DNA of 64,000 bases. Origin: Trichodelitschia bisporula (Eukaryota). How positions within the stretch are numbered: position 1 is the stretch's first letter; the number at the start of each line of letters is the position of its first letter. The notes under the pieces were generated by a model, which was given only the letters and a program-made list of their open reading frames with translations, was not told the origin of the DNA and did not search any database. Made by a program: the position numbers and the translations under genes. The stretch is taken from contig ML996690.1 in the NCBI GenBank assembly GCA_010356995.1, positions 962,217 through 1,026,216 on the forward strand, read 5' to 3'. This document shows positions 12,001 through 24,386 of this stretch, one piece after another.

Positions 12001-12340
12001 ACCGGCAGACCTCGGCGTTGAAGTCTACCTCATCGTACTCGCGATCCAACTGCTGTTGTTGCTTGCGCGGCTCCGCAGGCTCGTAGCAGCAAATCTCTTG
12101 AAGCTTGCGCAACGTGACGACCAGCTTACGCTGTGAAGCCGGACCACGCTGCGCATCTGCAAATACAGCGCACACGTGTTCGCGCAGTACAGTGTTTGGT
12201 CCCTCGTCGGGAATCTCGACGGCGTATGCGGACGCGCGGGCAGAAGCGCTGCCGCGCGACTTCGGTGGCTGGGTTGAGGATTTGCGCGGTACGGCAGCAC
12301 CTGACGCACGAGGCGTACGGGTCGATGCGCGGCCTGGCAT
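9084..12340 (-). CDS. YCG1: Condensin HEAT subunit Ycg1/Cnd3 (CAP-G)
   Basis: Motifs AKDKVVRYRVTQ, RLRDKESIVRVQAV, DPSADVRRA, LERARD, DYSDEMGRRKM and LRQSLTYFLPVYCHS. Introns 11862-11904 and 9521-9566. Confidence 0.93.
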
Positions 12341-12678
12341 TGCGGTGGACTGTTGATGGTGTTCTCGGTGGATGCGCGACTATGCTTGTCGGCCCTCGTT
12401 GTTGTCGTCGATGGCGCAGGTGTTTGTTTGAGGGGTTACCCTGCCGTAAACAATCGGCGATAGGCGGCGTTTTGGCGGGGAATCATCGGGCCGAAGCCGA
12501 TTGCGTGCGATGCCGGCCCAGAGCCATCGGAAAAAGTCATAGCCGCGCCCCACTCGGTTTTTCTCTGGGTGATACGCAGAGACTACCGGCGGGGGACAGT
12601 CATGACTTTTTTAGGTAGCACTTGGGCCGATGTAAGATCTTCGGCGATGAGGGATTTGGATCTTCACCTCGCGTTCCA

Positions 12679-13876
12679 ATGCTTCCCACTACTGTGCGTC
12701 GCTTTGCGGTGTCCGCGCGACGAGCTGCTGCGTTACTCTCTGAGCTGAATCTGGCCCAGATTGAAGCCGCCAATGGCCACAACATTGAAATCTCCAAGGC
12801 GCAGCGCATCGCGCAGCGGGGCCTCGTCGACGGTCAATTCCCTGTGGCGACTGTTGTAACTTTGACTAACTCCCACAGCAATTGGCAAGACGCCCCTTAT
12901 CCGGCTGAAGCGCCTCTCAGAGGAAACCGGCTGCGAAGTGCTCGGCAAAGCGGAATTCCAAAACCCCGGAGGATCCGTGAAGGACCGCGCCGCGCTGTAC
13001 GTCGTCGAGAATGCTGAGAAGCTGGGCCTGCTCAAGCCGGGAGGCACCGTGGTCGAGGGCACTGCAGGCAATACTGGCATCGGGCTTGCCCATGTGTGCC
13101 GGTCCAAGGGCTACAAACTAGTTATCTACATGCCCAACACGCAGTCACAGGGCAAGATTGACCTGCTGAGGTTGCTGGGTGCGGAGGTGTACCCCGTTCC
13201 TGCCGTGGCCTTTGAGAATCCGGAAAATTACAACCACCAAGCGAAGCGGCATGCTGAGAACCTAGAGAATGCCGTATGGACCAACCAGTTTGATAATGTT
13301 GCCAATCGCCAGGCTCACATTGAGACCACTGGTCCCGAGATCTGGTACCAAACGGGTGGCAAGGTGGATGCCTTCACTTGCGCTACTGGGACGGGAGGCA
13401 CGCTTGCTGGTATTACCCGGTACCTAAAGGAGAAGTCTAACGGCAAAGTCAAGTCCTTCCTTGCTGACCCACCGGGGTCTGTGCTGCACTCCTACATCTC
13501 CAGCGGTGGGAAGCTAGTGGACCGGAGCGGCTCTTCGATTACGGAAGGCATTGGCCAGGGCCGCATAACGGATAACCTTCAGCCAGATATTGACCTCCTC
13601 GACGGCTCTCTCCATATCAGTGACGAGAAGACCATCGAGATGGTGTACCGCTGCCTGGACGAGGAAGGGCTTTACCTTGGGGCCAGTTCCTGTCTCAATG
13701 TCGTGGCCGCCAAGGAAGTTGCCGAGAAGCTCGGGAAGGGCCACATAGTCGTTACAGTACTCTGCGATGGCGCCTACAGATACGCTGATCGCCTCTTTTC
13801 GCGCAAATGGCTGACGGAGAAGAAGCTGCTGGACTCGATACCTAAGCACCTCGAAAAGTACATCGTCCTGCCATAG
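12679..13876 (+). CDS. cysB: Cysteine synthase (O-acetylserine sulfhydrylase) with a mitochondrial-type N-terminus
   Basis: [16 protein letters not shown] (PLP lysine), [13 protein letters not shown] and TEGIG. Intron 12833-12878. N-terminus [17 protein letters not shown]. Confidence 0.93.
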
Positions 13877-14172
13877 CAATATCACCACCACACTTTGACA
13901 GTGATCCTGCCAATTTCTTGCGTCGTGCTTGCTTCTAACCCTCGTCGTGTTCGCTCACTGCTGATGGAGATCTAGGGAAGCGCGTCGGACTCCGGGCCGT
14001 AGTGTCTAGCTTCCACGTATGGACGCACCCTGGGCAAAGGGTACTTAACCATGGGAAACCGGCATTTCGCTCCCACACGCAAGCATTCTCAACACTTTTG
14101 CTGACCAGTCGCTGGGCAATATCATCCGAATCTTCAGATCATTTCTAGGCACCGCCCATCGCTCATCTCACA

Positions 14173-17100
14173 ATGCATTCACACCCGTTGATGATGTGCA
14201 CGCGACTTGCAATCGCTCAGTTCGAGGAATTGCAGCACAAACTGTTGCTACTTGCATGCAGCGACCCAAACATTCCGGGCCTTCGTGGGTTAATGAGCAA
14301 CTATCTGGATTACTTCGGCGTTTCGATCGCCCAGTGCCAGCATCTCGTAGAGGCTGCTTGGGACCACCATGATCCGTTCCACTCGCGACCGGTTTGTCAC
14401 CTCTGAAGATTCCAGATCAATGCTCATTCTCAACAGCCATATATTTGTCCATGCTGCGACAGAGGTCTCTGTGAGACCTACTGGAATCAGTTCGTTCATC
14501 TGAAGCTCCAGTTGATGCATGTCGCAACCGATTTATCCGACCTCCTTTCTGCACTTTACCTCGAGTCACCGGGCCTCCTCTCGTTCTTCCACGACACGAT
14601 ATTCAGCGACCTTTACCTCGAGCTTGACCACCTCTTTAAAGATCTTTCCGCCTTTGACACTGAGTTGGACAAGCATCGCGGTGCCACCGCCTTGAAAGAA
14701 ACGTCGCGGACCCTGGCTTCGGACCTGGGCTCACTGACGCTTTCCGATGATAAGAACTTGAACAATGTGGGTAATAAGGCGGATACCTGGAGTGGAAGCC
14801 CAACCAACGTTGGATGGGACATAGACCTGGACGAAGACAGTGATGTGAAGAAAATCAACGACGTCAACATGGGCGACACGTGCGCTGCCACCGAGGTCCC
14901 AACCTCCACCAAGAGCCTAGCCTCCATCAAGAGGCTGGAAAGCTTGCGTAGCAGCAACTCGTCATGTGATTATACCATGCATTCTCCAGGGCGAAGTCTC
15001 AGCAACTCCGGTAGCAGCATCTTTGTTGATGAGGGATACGAAAGCGGGATCGAGGATAATGTGCTGCTCAGCCTCCCCAGCTCCCTTTATGCTCGGCGAT
15101 CTCCGATACACCAACCGATGCGTGATCCCCACCAACGCATCCACTCACATACCGACCATACGAATGCCGATATAGAGCTTGGCCAGTTCTCAGATCCCTG
15201 TGGGCAACCATGCACATCGATGGTCTTTTCTGCGCCATCCGTTACATTAGTTACCTCAGGCTCACCTCCAAGTTGTTCCGTTCGCTCGAGAGGTCGTTCA
15301 TGGGAACCGCGTGACGCCTCTCTCAACGCTAAGGCGCGCGAATCATCCGCAACGCCGCTCCACGGATCGCTTACATGCCGGGAACAGGGCCACCAACAAG
15401 TCTATGATCCCAAAAGACACATTCACCAGGATGGAAACTGGTACTCTGCTCGTTACCTTGACGGACAGGTAAATTGCTTCCCGCTTTCCCCCGCGCCCAG
15501 CAAACGTGTTTGCGGCCCGAGGAAGCGCCGCGGTGGCCGAGTTGGCCTTGGACTTCGCGGCGGTGGCGATGATTCGGAGTTACTTGGATCTGGCTCTCGT
15601 CAATTTCCCACGGCCAGCTCTTCTGGTGAAAGTAGCCAGCTGTCGGACGATGGTGCTTCAGAGGGCGGAAGGCATTCGGACGACAGCAACACCACGATCA
15701 GCAGCCGTGAATCGACCGAGCTCGGGCCTGAGCTGAAACCTGTGCAACCATCAGTCCGCCGAACATCGAGCTCTTACACCACGTTCAACCAGCAGCAAGC
15801 TGTAGATCTTGATGGGCACCCGGAAGTGAACTCCGCGTCTCCGTTACCCCTACCTACGCCGTCCTCAGACACTCTGCGCCCGACATGCGAATGGAACGAC
15901 GCTCCGCTTCCCAAAAAGGAACTATCGCCCGAGGAGCTGAATTCTAAGTTCACACGACTGTGCCGTGAGACCGAGCTGTGGTCTCTGAAAGTCAAAATCG
16001 AACGCATATTAACCTCGGTATTGCCTCTTCTCCAAGAGTACGACGACATGCTTGAAGTCTCCCTCGAGGACAGGATACTTCGCCTCCGCTACCTCATCGA
16101 AATTGCCCGTCACCACGTCAGCGATATAACTGATAGTTACATCCTCTCTTTACCTCCGAGTCAGGCCAAGTCCATCAGCCCGTCCCCTACGCCGTCGGAC
16201 CCCCCCCTTCCCGTCCAGCTCAACGACCTCTCCTCGGACAAGGCGTACGCCCCAACCCCGGACCAGCAACCTGCGCTCCTCACCACGGCAGGCCCACCCT
16301 CAATTGTGAAAGCCGAGATCCCGCCCTGGGCAGACCCGTCGCAAATTCTCGAACCTTACGTAGAAGATCAATTCGCCGATTCCGATTCCGAAGAGCTCCG
16401 CACCCTACCGGAAGCCGACGTCATCTGCGCACGCCACCTCTTGCTGCGGGCCAACAACAGCCTGTGGGTTGGCCACCAGCCGCTGTGCAAGTGCGCGCAC
16501 TGGTTCAAAACGGACTGCATCGACGCTGGTGGCTCTGAGGGGCACGCGCCCTCCGTTGAATCCGACAGCGTGAAGCTCGAGACGCAGTACGAGCAGCCCG
16601 GCCCTCCGCCCCCACCGGAGCCCGCGACGGGCCCCACCAGCGAGCCCGCTCCGAACCCCTTCACCGACCCGGCCTACACCGCCGCTAATGAGGAAACCTT
16701 CCTCACACACGCATGCCTGGCATGGCGCCTCGCCTTGCGGCTCCAGTACTTCCATGGCATATCATTCTCCACGGTCGTCGACAAATCGCTCTGGGAACGG
16801 GCAGCCGCCGAAGCCACGCACGGACCCTCCGGCTCGTCGGCCCTGGCCGCCAGTTGGATGCAGTATGTTGGGATACCGGGGTCTTCGTTCCCCTATCCGG
16901 AGCTCGAACAGACTGGCTATCTGACGGCCAGCCTGGGCCCCTTCGCCGAGGGACATGTCGAGGCGTGGTGGGTGGGTCTTGCGCGGCGGGCGTGGCGCTT
17001 GGGAGTGTGGAGAGCGTTTGGGGAGATGGGTTATTGCCCTGGGAAGTGGGATGAGAGTCTTTGGGCGCGTGCGGCGCAGGAGGCTGAGCGTTGGGTGGAC

Positions 17101-18048
17101 GTGAGCAGGAAGGACGAGAGCGGGGAGAATGAGAGCGGAATGGAGGAGAGAGGGATGGAGGAGAGCGAAGTGGAGGAGAGCGGGGCGGACGAGAGCGGGG
17201 CGGAGTCGGAAGAAGCCGATGACGACAAGCTGAGCCACGTGGCGGAGAGTCCTGACATTGCCCCTAAGGTACTGAGCCGCACATCCCCGACGCGGGGCAC
17301 CGCCGTCTGGCTCCCTCGACTGACGGCCAGCTCTCTGAAAGGGCTCGGGTGGATTAGCCCGGACACAGATCACTGGTCGATCGACGTGGCAGTCGGCGGT
17401 CACGAAGCCGATGCGGCGGACGAGGGCAACGGGGCTTCTGCGAAGGAGGGACTGGGTATTGACGCTGCAGGGAGGGCGGTGAGTGGTGGTGTTACTGTGT
17501 CACCTGAGGAGAGTGAGGGGGATGATGCGGGTGGGGTGTGGGATGGGGTGGGGCGGGGGTGCTTGAGGGGGGGTGGGGGCGATGAGAGCGATGAGAGCGA
17601 CGAGAGCGACGAGGACAGTAAGGACGATGAGAGCGACGAGAGCGACGAGAGCGACGAGAGCGACGAGAGCGACGAGGACAGTAAGGACGATGAGAGCGAC
17701 GAGGACGATGACTCCGACGACGCCGCCTCGAACTCCGAGGCCGTCAAAACACCGACACCTTCTCCAGCAGGACCCTCAGCGCCATATCCTCCGACGCCAG
17801 CCAACTCAACCTCAGTTCCAAGCTCCCCACCGGCCTCCCCAGTCGGTGCCTCCGGCTCCGCATCCTCAACTCTCTGGACCGGAACTTCGGCAACGCGCTT
17901 CTCGACAGCCTCAGCCGGACCTTCAGCAACATCCTCAGCCGTCAAATACCCCCCGACCGCCTCGACTGTCTCACCCAGCCAACGCAGTAAGCACACCAGC
18001 CGGCCCCGCGCAGGCTGCGCACGTCGCGGACGGGTCGTACGCCGCTGA
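14173..18048 (+). CDS. Large orphan, mostly disordered protein (~1250 aa) with Cys/His clusters, two LRGG motifs and an acidic repeat
   Basis: Exon 14173-14391 joins in frame through a 45-nt intron (14392-14436, GTTTGT...GCTCAT...CAG) to a 3.6-kb open frame. No family recognised. Confidence 0.7.
17581..17720 (+). repeat. Coding minisatellite of (GAYGAGAGC)n with a repeated GAGGACAGTAAGGAC insert, encoding DES/DEDSKD
   Basis: Directly visible in the sequence. Confidence 0.9.
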
Positions 18049-18662
18049 CGTCGTCCTCCGCAGCTCGGCCGGCGGCGTACTATCCACCCCTCTCCGCGCT
18101 CCTTCCGTCTCTCCCTGCGCCACGTCCACGCTTCACTCTACCTCCCACCACCCCCCTCCCGCGTCCACATAGAACCGTTCCCGAGAAGATAGCATGGGAA
18201 CAGGAGCTCATCACCGGACTCCGGCGCTGGGTCCGCACACACCCCTTTCTCGTCGCCCTCCTCCTGGCCCTGGTCTACGTGATCCGGCGCTGCATATGCA
18301 TCCCGGGACTACTACACTTCCTCTGCGCGTGCCTCTTGCTCTGCTCATTTTCGACACTGGATATCCGGTGCGAGCACGTCGTTTTTTTTTACTATTGCTG
18401 TTGGGTGTGGATTCGATGGGCCAGGACTACTCACGAGGTGCATGTTGAATTCGCTCGCATCTGTTATATGCTTTGGCTCTTTTTTAGACTGGATAGAGCA
18501 CTTGAAGAAGGGCGGGGGGTGTTTGGTCGTCGTCATTAGTTAGAAAGCGGAGTTTGGGCTGCTCACCGGCGTTGGGGAGTACAGTATGATATCAGTATCA
18601 CCGAACAATTGACTACGACTACATGCAAGACTAGTACTAAGACAGTAAGAGTTACAACCCCC

Positions 18663-18872
18663 NNNNNNNNNNNNNNNNNNNNNNNNNNNNNNNNNNNNNN
18701 NNNNNNNNNNNNNNNNNNNNNNNNNNNNNNNNNNNNNNNNNNNNNNNNNNNNNNNNNNNNNNNNNNNNNNNNNNNNNNNNNNNNNNNNNNNNNNNNNNNN
18801 NNNNNNNNNNNNNNNNNNNNNNNNNNNNNNNNNNNNNNNNNNNNNNNNNNNNNNNNNNNNNNNNNNNNNNNN
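18663..18872. other. Assembly gap (210 N)
   Basis: N run. Confidence 1.
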
Positions 18873-18975
18873 TGCGCAAAGCCACATAGACCGCACTAAA
18901 AAAAACTACCAATACCCCATCCGATCCCCACACCCCATAGAACACACAATAAGCAAAAACGAAACTTTTACCCCT

Positions 18976-21900
18976 CTACACCCCCGCCCCCCTTCCCAAC
19001 AAACTCCCCTCCACAAACACGCGCTGCGGTGCCAAATCCACCAACGGCCCCGAGCCAGGCCCGCCCTTCATCCTCCCACTCCCCCCACTCCCATTCAATC
19101 CCGCCTGCGGCCCCTGCGGCCCCGGAACACCAACCCGACTAACCAACCCCCCACCCACAAACCCATCCCCCCCCTTCATCCTCCCCACCCCAAACTCCCC
19201 ACTCCCATTCGCACTCCCACTCCAATGCCCATTCCCACTCCCATTCCCATGCGTATACCCAAGGAAACCCGCCTGCTCCACCAACCCCCCGGACCCTACG
19301 CGGGGGGGCTTATACCCCCTCCCTCGTCTTCCATACCCCAGCGGATCCGGGTAAGAAGGCGTAAGGTCGACGAGCGGCTTCCCGCCGCCCGGACCGCGGC
19401 CCTCACTCCCCCGACTCGTCACGCTGCGCACGCTCGTCCGCCGCGCTACGAAGCCCTCACTCCCCGGCCTCGGCGTGAACTCGCTGCTGAAAGACCTCGG
19501 CCCGGACCCACCGCCACTGCGCGGGTACCCACGGCCACCCTCACGCCGCGCCACGTCAGCACGGCGGGACTCATACCCATTCCCCAGAAGCGACGTAGGC
19601 GCGAAGTCATCAAGCGTAGACCGCGACCCGCTCCCACGAGAAGCATGCGGTGCAAAAGCTGGGGCCGCAGAATGGCGGGGCTGGGGATGATACAGACCGT
19701 TCGGCGGATGGAAGCCGTTGGGAGGGTGATGGCCATTGGACGGGCCGTGGGCATGCGATGTCGGATAGCCATTCGTGATGACGGCCGGGCGGCGGCGCTC
19801 AGCCATTTTCTTAGCATGGGCCTGGAGGGCACGGGAATGCTCGAGCGCGGAGGGGAAGTCCTTCGCTAGCGGGCGCGCGTCGTCCTTGTCTGAGGACGGG
19901 GGGGCGGGGGCAAGGTCGTCGGTGGAAGAAAAGGCCTTGGGATCGAATTCGAGGGAGGAGGAGAAGTTGCCGAGGATGTTGAGGGTGGAGCCGTTGGGGG
20001 TGGTTTGAGGCTCTGCGGCGCCGTTGGTGGCGGCGGGGCCGTTGGATGTGGTGGGCGGGGTTACGAATTGGGGTTGCAGGTTGGTGGGTGCGTCGAGGCG
20101 CGTGCCGGCGAGGTAGTTGGGCGTTGTTGCGACGGGTATGGGCTCGTCTTTTTCCTTTGTGGGCTTGCCCTCGCCCATGACGTGCACGAGGTACCAGCTG
20201 CGCCAGGCGTGGAGCGAGTCGCGGAACTGGTGCAGGAGGGATTCATCGCCCGCGGCGAAGAAGTGGATGTAATCCGTCGTGGTCATGAACATGCTCGCCT
20301 TCTGCTGGCTCTTGACCGCAAGGGCAAACTTCTTCGGGGGCTTGAGCTTCTTGCGCAGTGCCTCGGCTGACGGCTGGTAGACATCGAAGTCGGACAGGTG
20401 GCAAATGTTGATCAGATCCTTGTCCTTCGCTCCCTCCTGCTTCGCCATAATAACCTGCCCGTCCGTGCGCAGCATCACCCAGCGTTTATCCCACCGCCCC
20501 GGCTTCTGCGAGTAGTGTAGCCACCAGCTCCGCTGAGACGGTGCCTGCTTGGGCGCAAAGGCGGCGTAGAGGGCGTCCTCGCGTGGCTTCTCCAGGTACG
20601 CTGCAGCGCGGAGTTCGATTCCACATCCACCGTCTACGTCCCACGAGTTGAGGACGTCGCGCACCCGCTCGTACATGCGCAGTTCCCGACGTACGCCGGC
20701 CTTGCCGTATGTCTCGACGAGCACGGAGGAGCGCGGGTCAGGAGCCGTAGCGAGCTTCTCGGCTGCCGTGCGGATGAGCTGGAGCGCCGTCGTCGTGGGC
20801 GTGACTTCGAGTGTTACTTTCAGGCTGCCGTACGTGATGTCCACGGTGCGTGCCCCGTGGTTAACGGCCGAGACCGGAGCATCGGTGCCAGGGACGATAC
20901 CACCACCGCCGGGACGGATGGTGAGAATCTCGTGAGACGAGCGAGAGCGAGTGGGGGCATTGTTGCCGTTAGTAGTGGCGAGAATGCCAGTTTTGGCGAG
21001 CAAGTTAGGCGTCGAGGGCGAGCGAGGTGTGCGAGGTGTAGGCGACGACTGATCATCCGCCTTGCGGCGCTTGAAGAAGCTGAACTTGTCCTTGAACGTG
21101 GAGCCCGCGAGCGTCGAATGAAAGGATGACGCCGTGGGTGTACGCGTAGTAGTCATCGTCGCAGCAGCAGCAGCAGTGTTGACGGGTGGAAGTTTTTGCA
21201 GCCTGCGGTGTGCGTCTGAGTTGCGCCTGTCGACGGACTGTCTCCTCGACGGTCGCTCCCGCTCCGTCTGACCACGGGACGAACGGCGGTCACGCGTGCG
21301 CCTGCGGTCCAAATGGGCGGCGGCGTCACTCTCGTACCTCAAGTCTCGCTCCTCCGCGCTGTCGTCCGACTCCAATGCAGCAGACCGACGCCGCTGGTGG
21401 TGCGGCAGACGAGGCTGAGCTAGCTTCGCTGCAGGTCCAAGGCCAGGGGCGGAAGGCCTTCGTTCCTCCGTCGATGCAGACCGCCGATGTGCCTGCAGGC
21501 CGGGCGGGAGGGCAGGAATGGGCGGGACAGAGTCGATGCTGGTTCGGCCGGGGGCATACGACGAGGGCGGGGTGGAGGGTGTCGACTCCGCGGCCCAGGT
21601 AGAGGAGGGAGCGGATCCAGAGGCTGTGGAAGGGCGTGCTCCGCGGCGGTAACGAGATGACGAACTCCTCGGGAGGGAAGAGGAGGTAGGTGGCGATGGA
21701 TCGAAACGCCCTTGAGCAGCAGCGTGTAAGGATGTTGGGATGGGAGGAGAGACTGGGTCGTGCTGCGTTTGCTGCGTTTGCTGCGTTTGCTGCTGCTGTA
21801 GCTGCTGTTTCTGCGCGAGGTGCACCTGCGTCTGCGAGTCCGGCTGTACCTGCTGCTCCAACTGGGCACGACGCACTGAGCGATAACGCGACACCTTTTC

Positions 21901-22080
21901 CCGTTCTCTTTCTCTGGCGGCTTCTCCACCGTCCTTCGTAGTCGGTCTGTCGACGGCTGCTCCACCGTCTCTTCTTTGACTCGGCTGGCGGCGATGCGAC
22001 AAAACAGGGCCAGTAGCAGCACCGACAGACGCAGCACCAGGAGCAGCAGCAACGGGCCGCGGAACAGGAGTAGGCATCAT
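18976..22080 (-). CDS. Protein with an RA-like/ubiquitin-fold region and a PH domain flanked by long disordered arms
   Basis: 1034-aa ORF with conserved-looking PGGGGIVPGTDAPVSAVN and RELRMYERVRDVLNSWD, and a PH core WLHYSQKPGRWDKRWVMLR...FALAVKSQQK...WRSWYL. Confidence 0.8.
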   Translation of the reverse strand: MMPTPVPRPVAAAPGAASVGAATGPVLSHRRQPSQRRDGGAAVDRPTTKDGGEAAREREREKVSRYRSVRRAQLEQQVQPDSQTQVHLAQKQQLQQQQTQQTQQTQHDPVSPPIPTSLHAAAQGRFDPSPPTSSSLPRSSSSRYRRGARPSTASGSAPSSTWAAESTPSTPPSSYAPGRTSIDSVPPIPALPPGLQAHRRSASTEERRPSAPGLGPAAKLAQPRLPHHQRRRSAALESDDSAEERDLRYESDAAAHLDRRRTRDRRSSRGQTERERPSRRQSVDRRNSDAHRRLQKLPPVNTAAAAATMTTTRTPTASSFHSTLAGSTFKDKFSFFKRRKADDQSSPTPRTPRSPSTPNLLAKTGILATTNGNNAPTRSRSSHEILTIRPGGGGIVPGTDAPVSAVNHGARTVDITYGSLKVTLEVTPTTTALQLIRTAAEKLATAPDPRSSVLVETYGKAGVRRELRMYERVRDVLNSWDVDGGCGIELRAAAYLEKPREDALYAAFAPKQAPSQRSWWLHYSQKPGRWDKRWVMLRTDGQVIMAKQEGAKDKDLINICHLSDFDVYQPSAEALRKKLKPPKKFALAVKSQQKASMFMTTTDYIHFFAAGDESLLHQFRDSLHAWRSWYLVHVMGEGKPTKEKDEPIPVATTPNYLAGTRLDAPTNLQPQFVTPPTTSNGPAATNGAAEPQTTPNGSTLNILGNFSSSLEFDPKAFSSTDDLAPAPPSSDKDDARPLAKDFPSALEHSRALQAHAKKMAERRRPAVITNGYPTSHAHGPSNGHHPPNGFHPPNGLYHPQPRHSAAPAFAPHASRGSGSRSTLDDFAPTSLLGNGYESRRADVARREGGRGYPRSGGGSGPRSFSSEFTPRPGSEGFVARRTSVRSVTSRGSEGRGPGGGKPLVDLTPSYPDPLGYGRRGRGYKPPRVGSGGLVEQAGFLGYTHGNGSGNGHWSGSANGSGEFGVGRMKGGDGFVGGGLVSRVGVPGPQGPQAGLNGSGGSGRMKGGPGSGPLVDLAPQRVFVEGSLLGRGAGV

Positions 22081-22210
22081 CTTATATTGGCTTGATTAAC
22101 AATTGCTGGCTGATGCACGCCCAGTGAGCCGGGGGGGAGAGGCGGGGGGTGTATGGGAACAGGTGTGGTAGTAGTCAACCCTTGAGAAGGGTGTATCTGG
22201 TGGCGGGCGG

Positions 22211-22213
<3 letters not shown>

Positions 22214-22294
<81 letters not shown>

Positions 22295-22305
22295 GGGGGG
22301 GGGGG
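22214..22305 (+). repeat. Poly-G homopolymer (80 uninterrupted G, then A and 11 G)
   Basis: Directly visible in the sequence. Confidence 0.9.
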
Positions 22306-23928
22306 AGGGAAGGGGAGTATGGGAGAGAGGCGTGGGAAAGAGGTATGGAGGTATGGGGATTGTGTGTTTGGAAGGCGCCGTGTGTGTTTTCTTTGACAAG
22401 AGAAAGAGAGATGTTGATCGAGTTCCTGCCCTCTTTCTTTCCCCTTCCTTTGGGCGTTCCAATTCCTTCTGTCCGTCTTCTCTTTCCATCCCCCGTCCCC
22501 TCCCGGGACAGGCAAGTTGGAGCGCGTTCACACTATCTTCCTTTGCTGGGGGATGCTTGTGATAAGGCGCGACCTTTTTTTTCGGTCTGTTTGTGGTGGA
22601 AAGTATGCCTGCCGTGTCGGGCCGTGTCGCGTCGTGTTCGTGTGTGTGCGTCCGGATGTATGTTGAAGATGCCAGCTAGCAGCCAGTAGCCAGCCCTGGT
22701 ACGCTGTTACTTTCGCCCTTTGGGAATTATTCCGAGGGGCGGGGGTCTCAAGGGCAGGATGATGGCAGGATGGCAGGATGGCAGGATGTCAGGATGTCAA
22801 AGGAACCAGGGGTCGGGTTCGGGCGGGGGTGGGTTACGAGAATGGGGCGCACGGGAAGGGCGGGGGCGTTGCGGGAATGGTGTGCGTTTTTTGAGAGATG
22901 GAGCCGTTTGGCTTGTTACAGCCCCGGGAATGGAGATTTGACCTTGCCGTTAGTGAGGTGGTGCAGACCTTGTAGTTGCAGCTTTTCTGGCGTGGATTTG
23001 GGATTGAAAGGCCAGGGTGGAGGGGTGTTGATAGACTGCCAGAGTGCTTTCTAGTGGGCAATTGACTCGCTGGGGATAGGACTAGTTACCCATTGCGGAA
23101 AGGGACAGAAGTAAAAGAGGGGGATTGCGGAGAATGGACCGCGAGGTAAGAGAGGGGAAGAAGAAGTGGAGATCGGAACGGCGTGGAGAAGGTGGAGAGA
23201 GATGCGACGGAGACATACCCGAGAGGGAGAGAGAGAGAGAGAAGGGATGGAGAAGGGGCAAGTTCTGAGTTCTGAGTTCTGAGTTCTTCGCCTAATGGGA
23301 TGGTGAGGCATAGGCTGCGAGGAATGCGAATGTCATTGCCAAGTCCTTCTTTCATTGACCGGACTCCCCGTGATCTAACGGCTTTTGCTTATGTCATGCA
23401 GCCGAGATAACTTACATTGCAAGGCTGCCAAGGCGGCAAGGCACCAAGCGTGCCAGCCACAGTCCAACGCTCTCAACGCCACAACAAGGCCTCCCAGCCA
23501 CCGAGAGGGAAAGTCGAGCCGAAGCGAGTGGTCAGGCAAGCCGCCAGCCTTACCGCTATCTCTCTCTCTCTCTCCACACCTTCTCGGCTTCTATCACAGC
23601 CATCAGCCTTGCTAGAACTAGTCACTATCTTCATCTCGATCCCCCCACCCAGCGAAACAATAACCCTCAATCTCCCCCCCCCCCGTCCCGCCCAACAAGC
23701 TTAATTGCCCGTCCGACACTCCACGTCTCGGGAACACCCTCACACCCGCATCCGCAGCCGCAGCCGCACCCGTCCTCCCCACCACCGACCACCGGCCTCC
23801 AACCAGTCAGCCGGCCACATAAACAGACAAAAAACCCTAGCTGTATTTCCCCAACATGGTAGCAAGTAAGAGCAAGAAGACGCAGAAAAGCTTTGGGCCA
23901 CAAAGCTTGCCCTCCCTCAGCAACCACA

Positions 23929-23930
<2 letters not shown>

Positions 23931-23966
<36 letters not shown>
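23931..23966 (+). repeat. (AC)18 microsatellite
   Basis: Directly visible in the sequence. Confidence 0.95.
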
Positions 23967-23971
<5 letters not shown>

Positions 23972-24386
23972 CCCGTCGTCCGCTGCCGTCAGCCCAGGCC
24001 CGCTGCAGCGCTGCCCGCCTTCTTTCCCGCGTCACACCCACTTCGACGGAGTCCGAGTATATTGCTGGCGGCCGCTGGGGACCTTACCTGCGGCAGTGGC
24101 CCGTTTTTCGCTGCTGCCGGGAGGCGAGGGAAAGCGTGAAAGCGATCGGTAAGCCCATATCGCTGCGGGCGATCTTCTTCCATCAAGTTTCGTGAACTTC
24201 ACTTCTACCTCGCCTTCACCTTCACCTTCACCTTCACATCAACCACTTCCCTCCGCCACATCTCCTCGCCACTATCACTCCATCTCACCCCTACCATAAC
24301 CCCTCCACCTCTTCCCCCACCAAAAAGCGCATGTAAACCCCTCCAAACTTTGCCCCACCGGGCTTCTCCTCCACCTTGAAAACGCC

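Noticed and set aside
12470..12482. E2F-like TTTTGGCGGGGAA upstream of YCG1
   Set aside because: A single short motif, E2F is not known in Dikarya, and there is no conservation evidence.
22096..22562. Poly-Pro and poly-Gly ORFs
   Set aside because: By-products of the G homopolymer.
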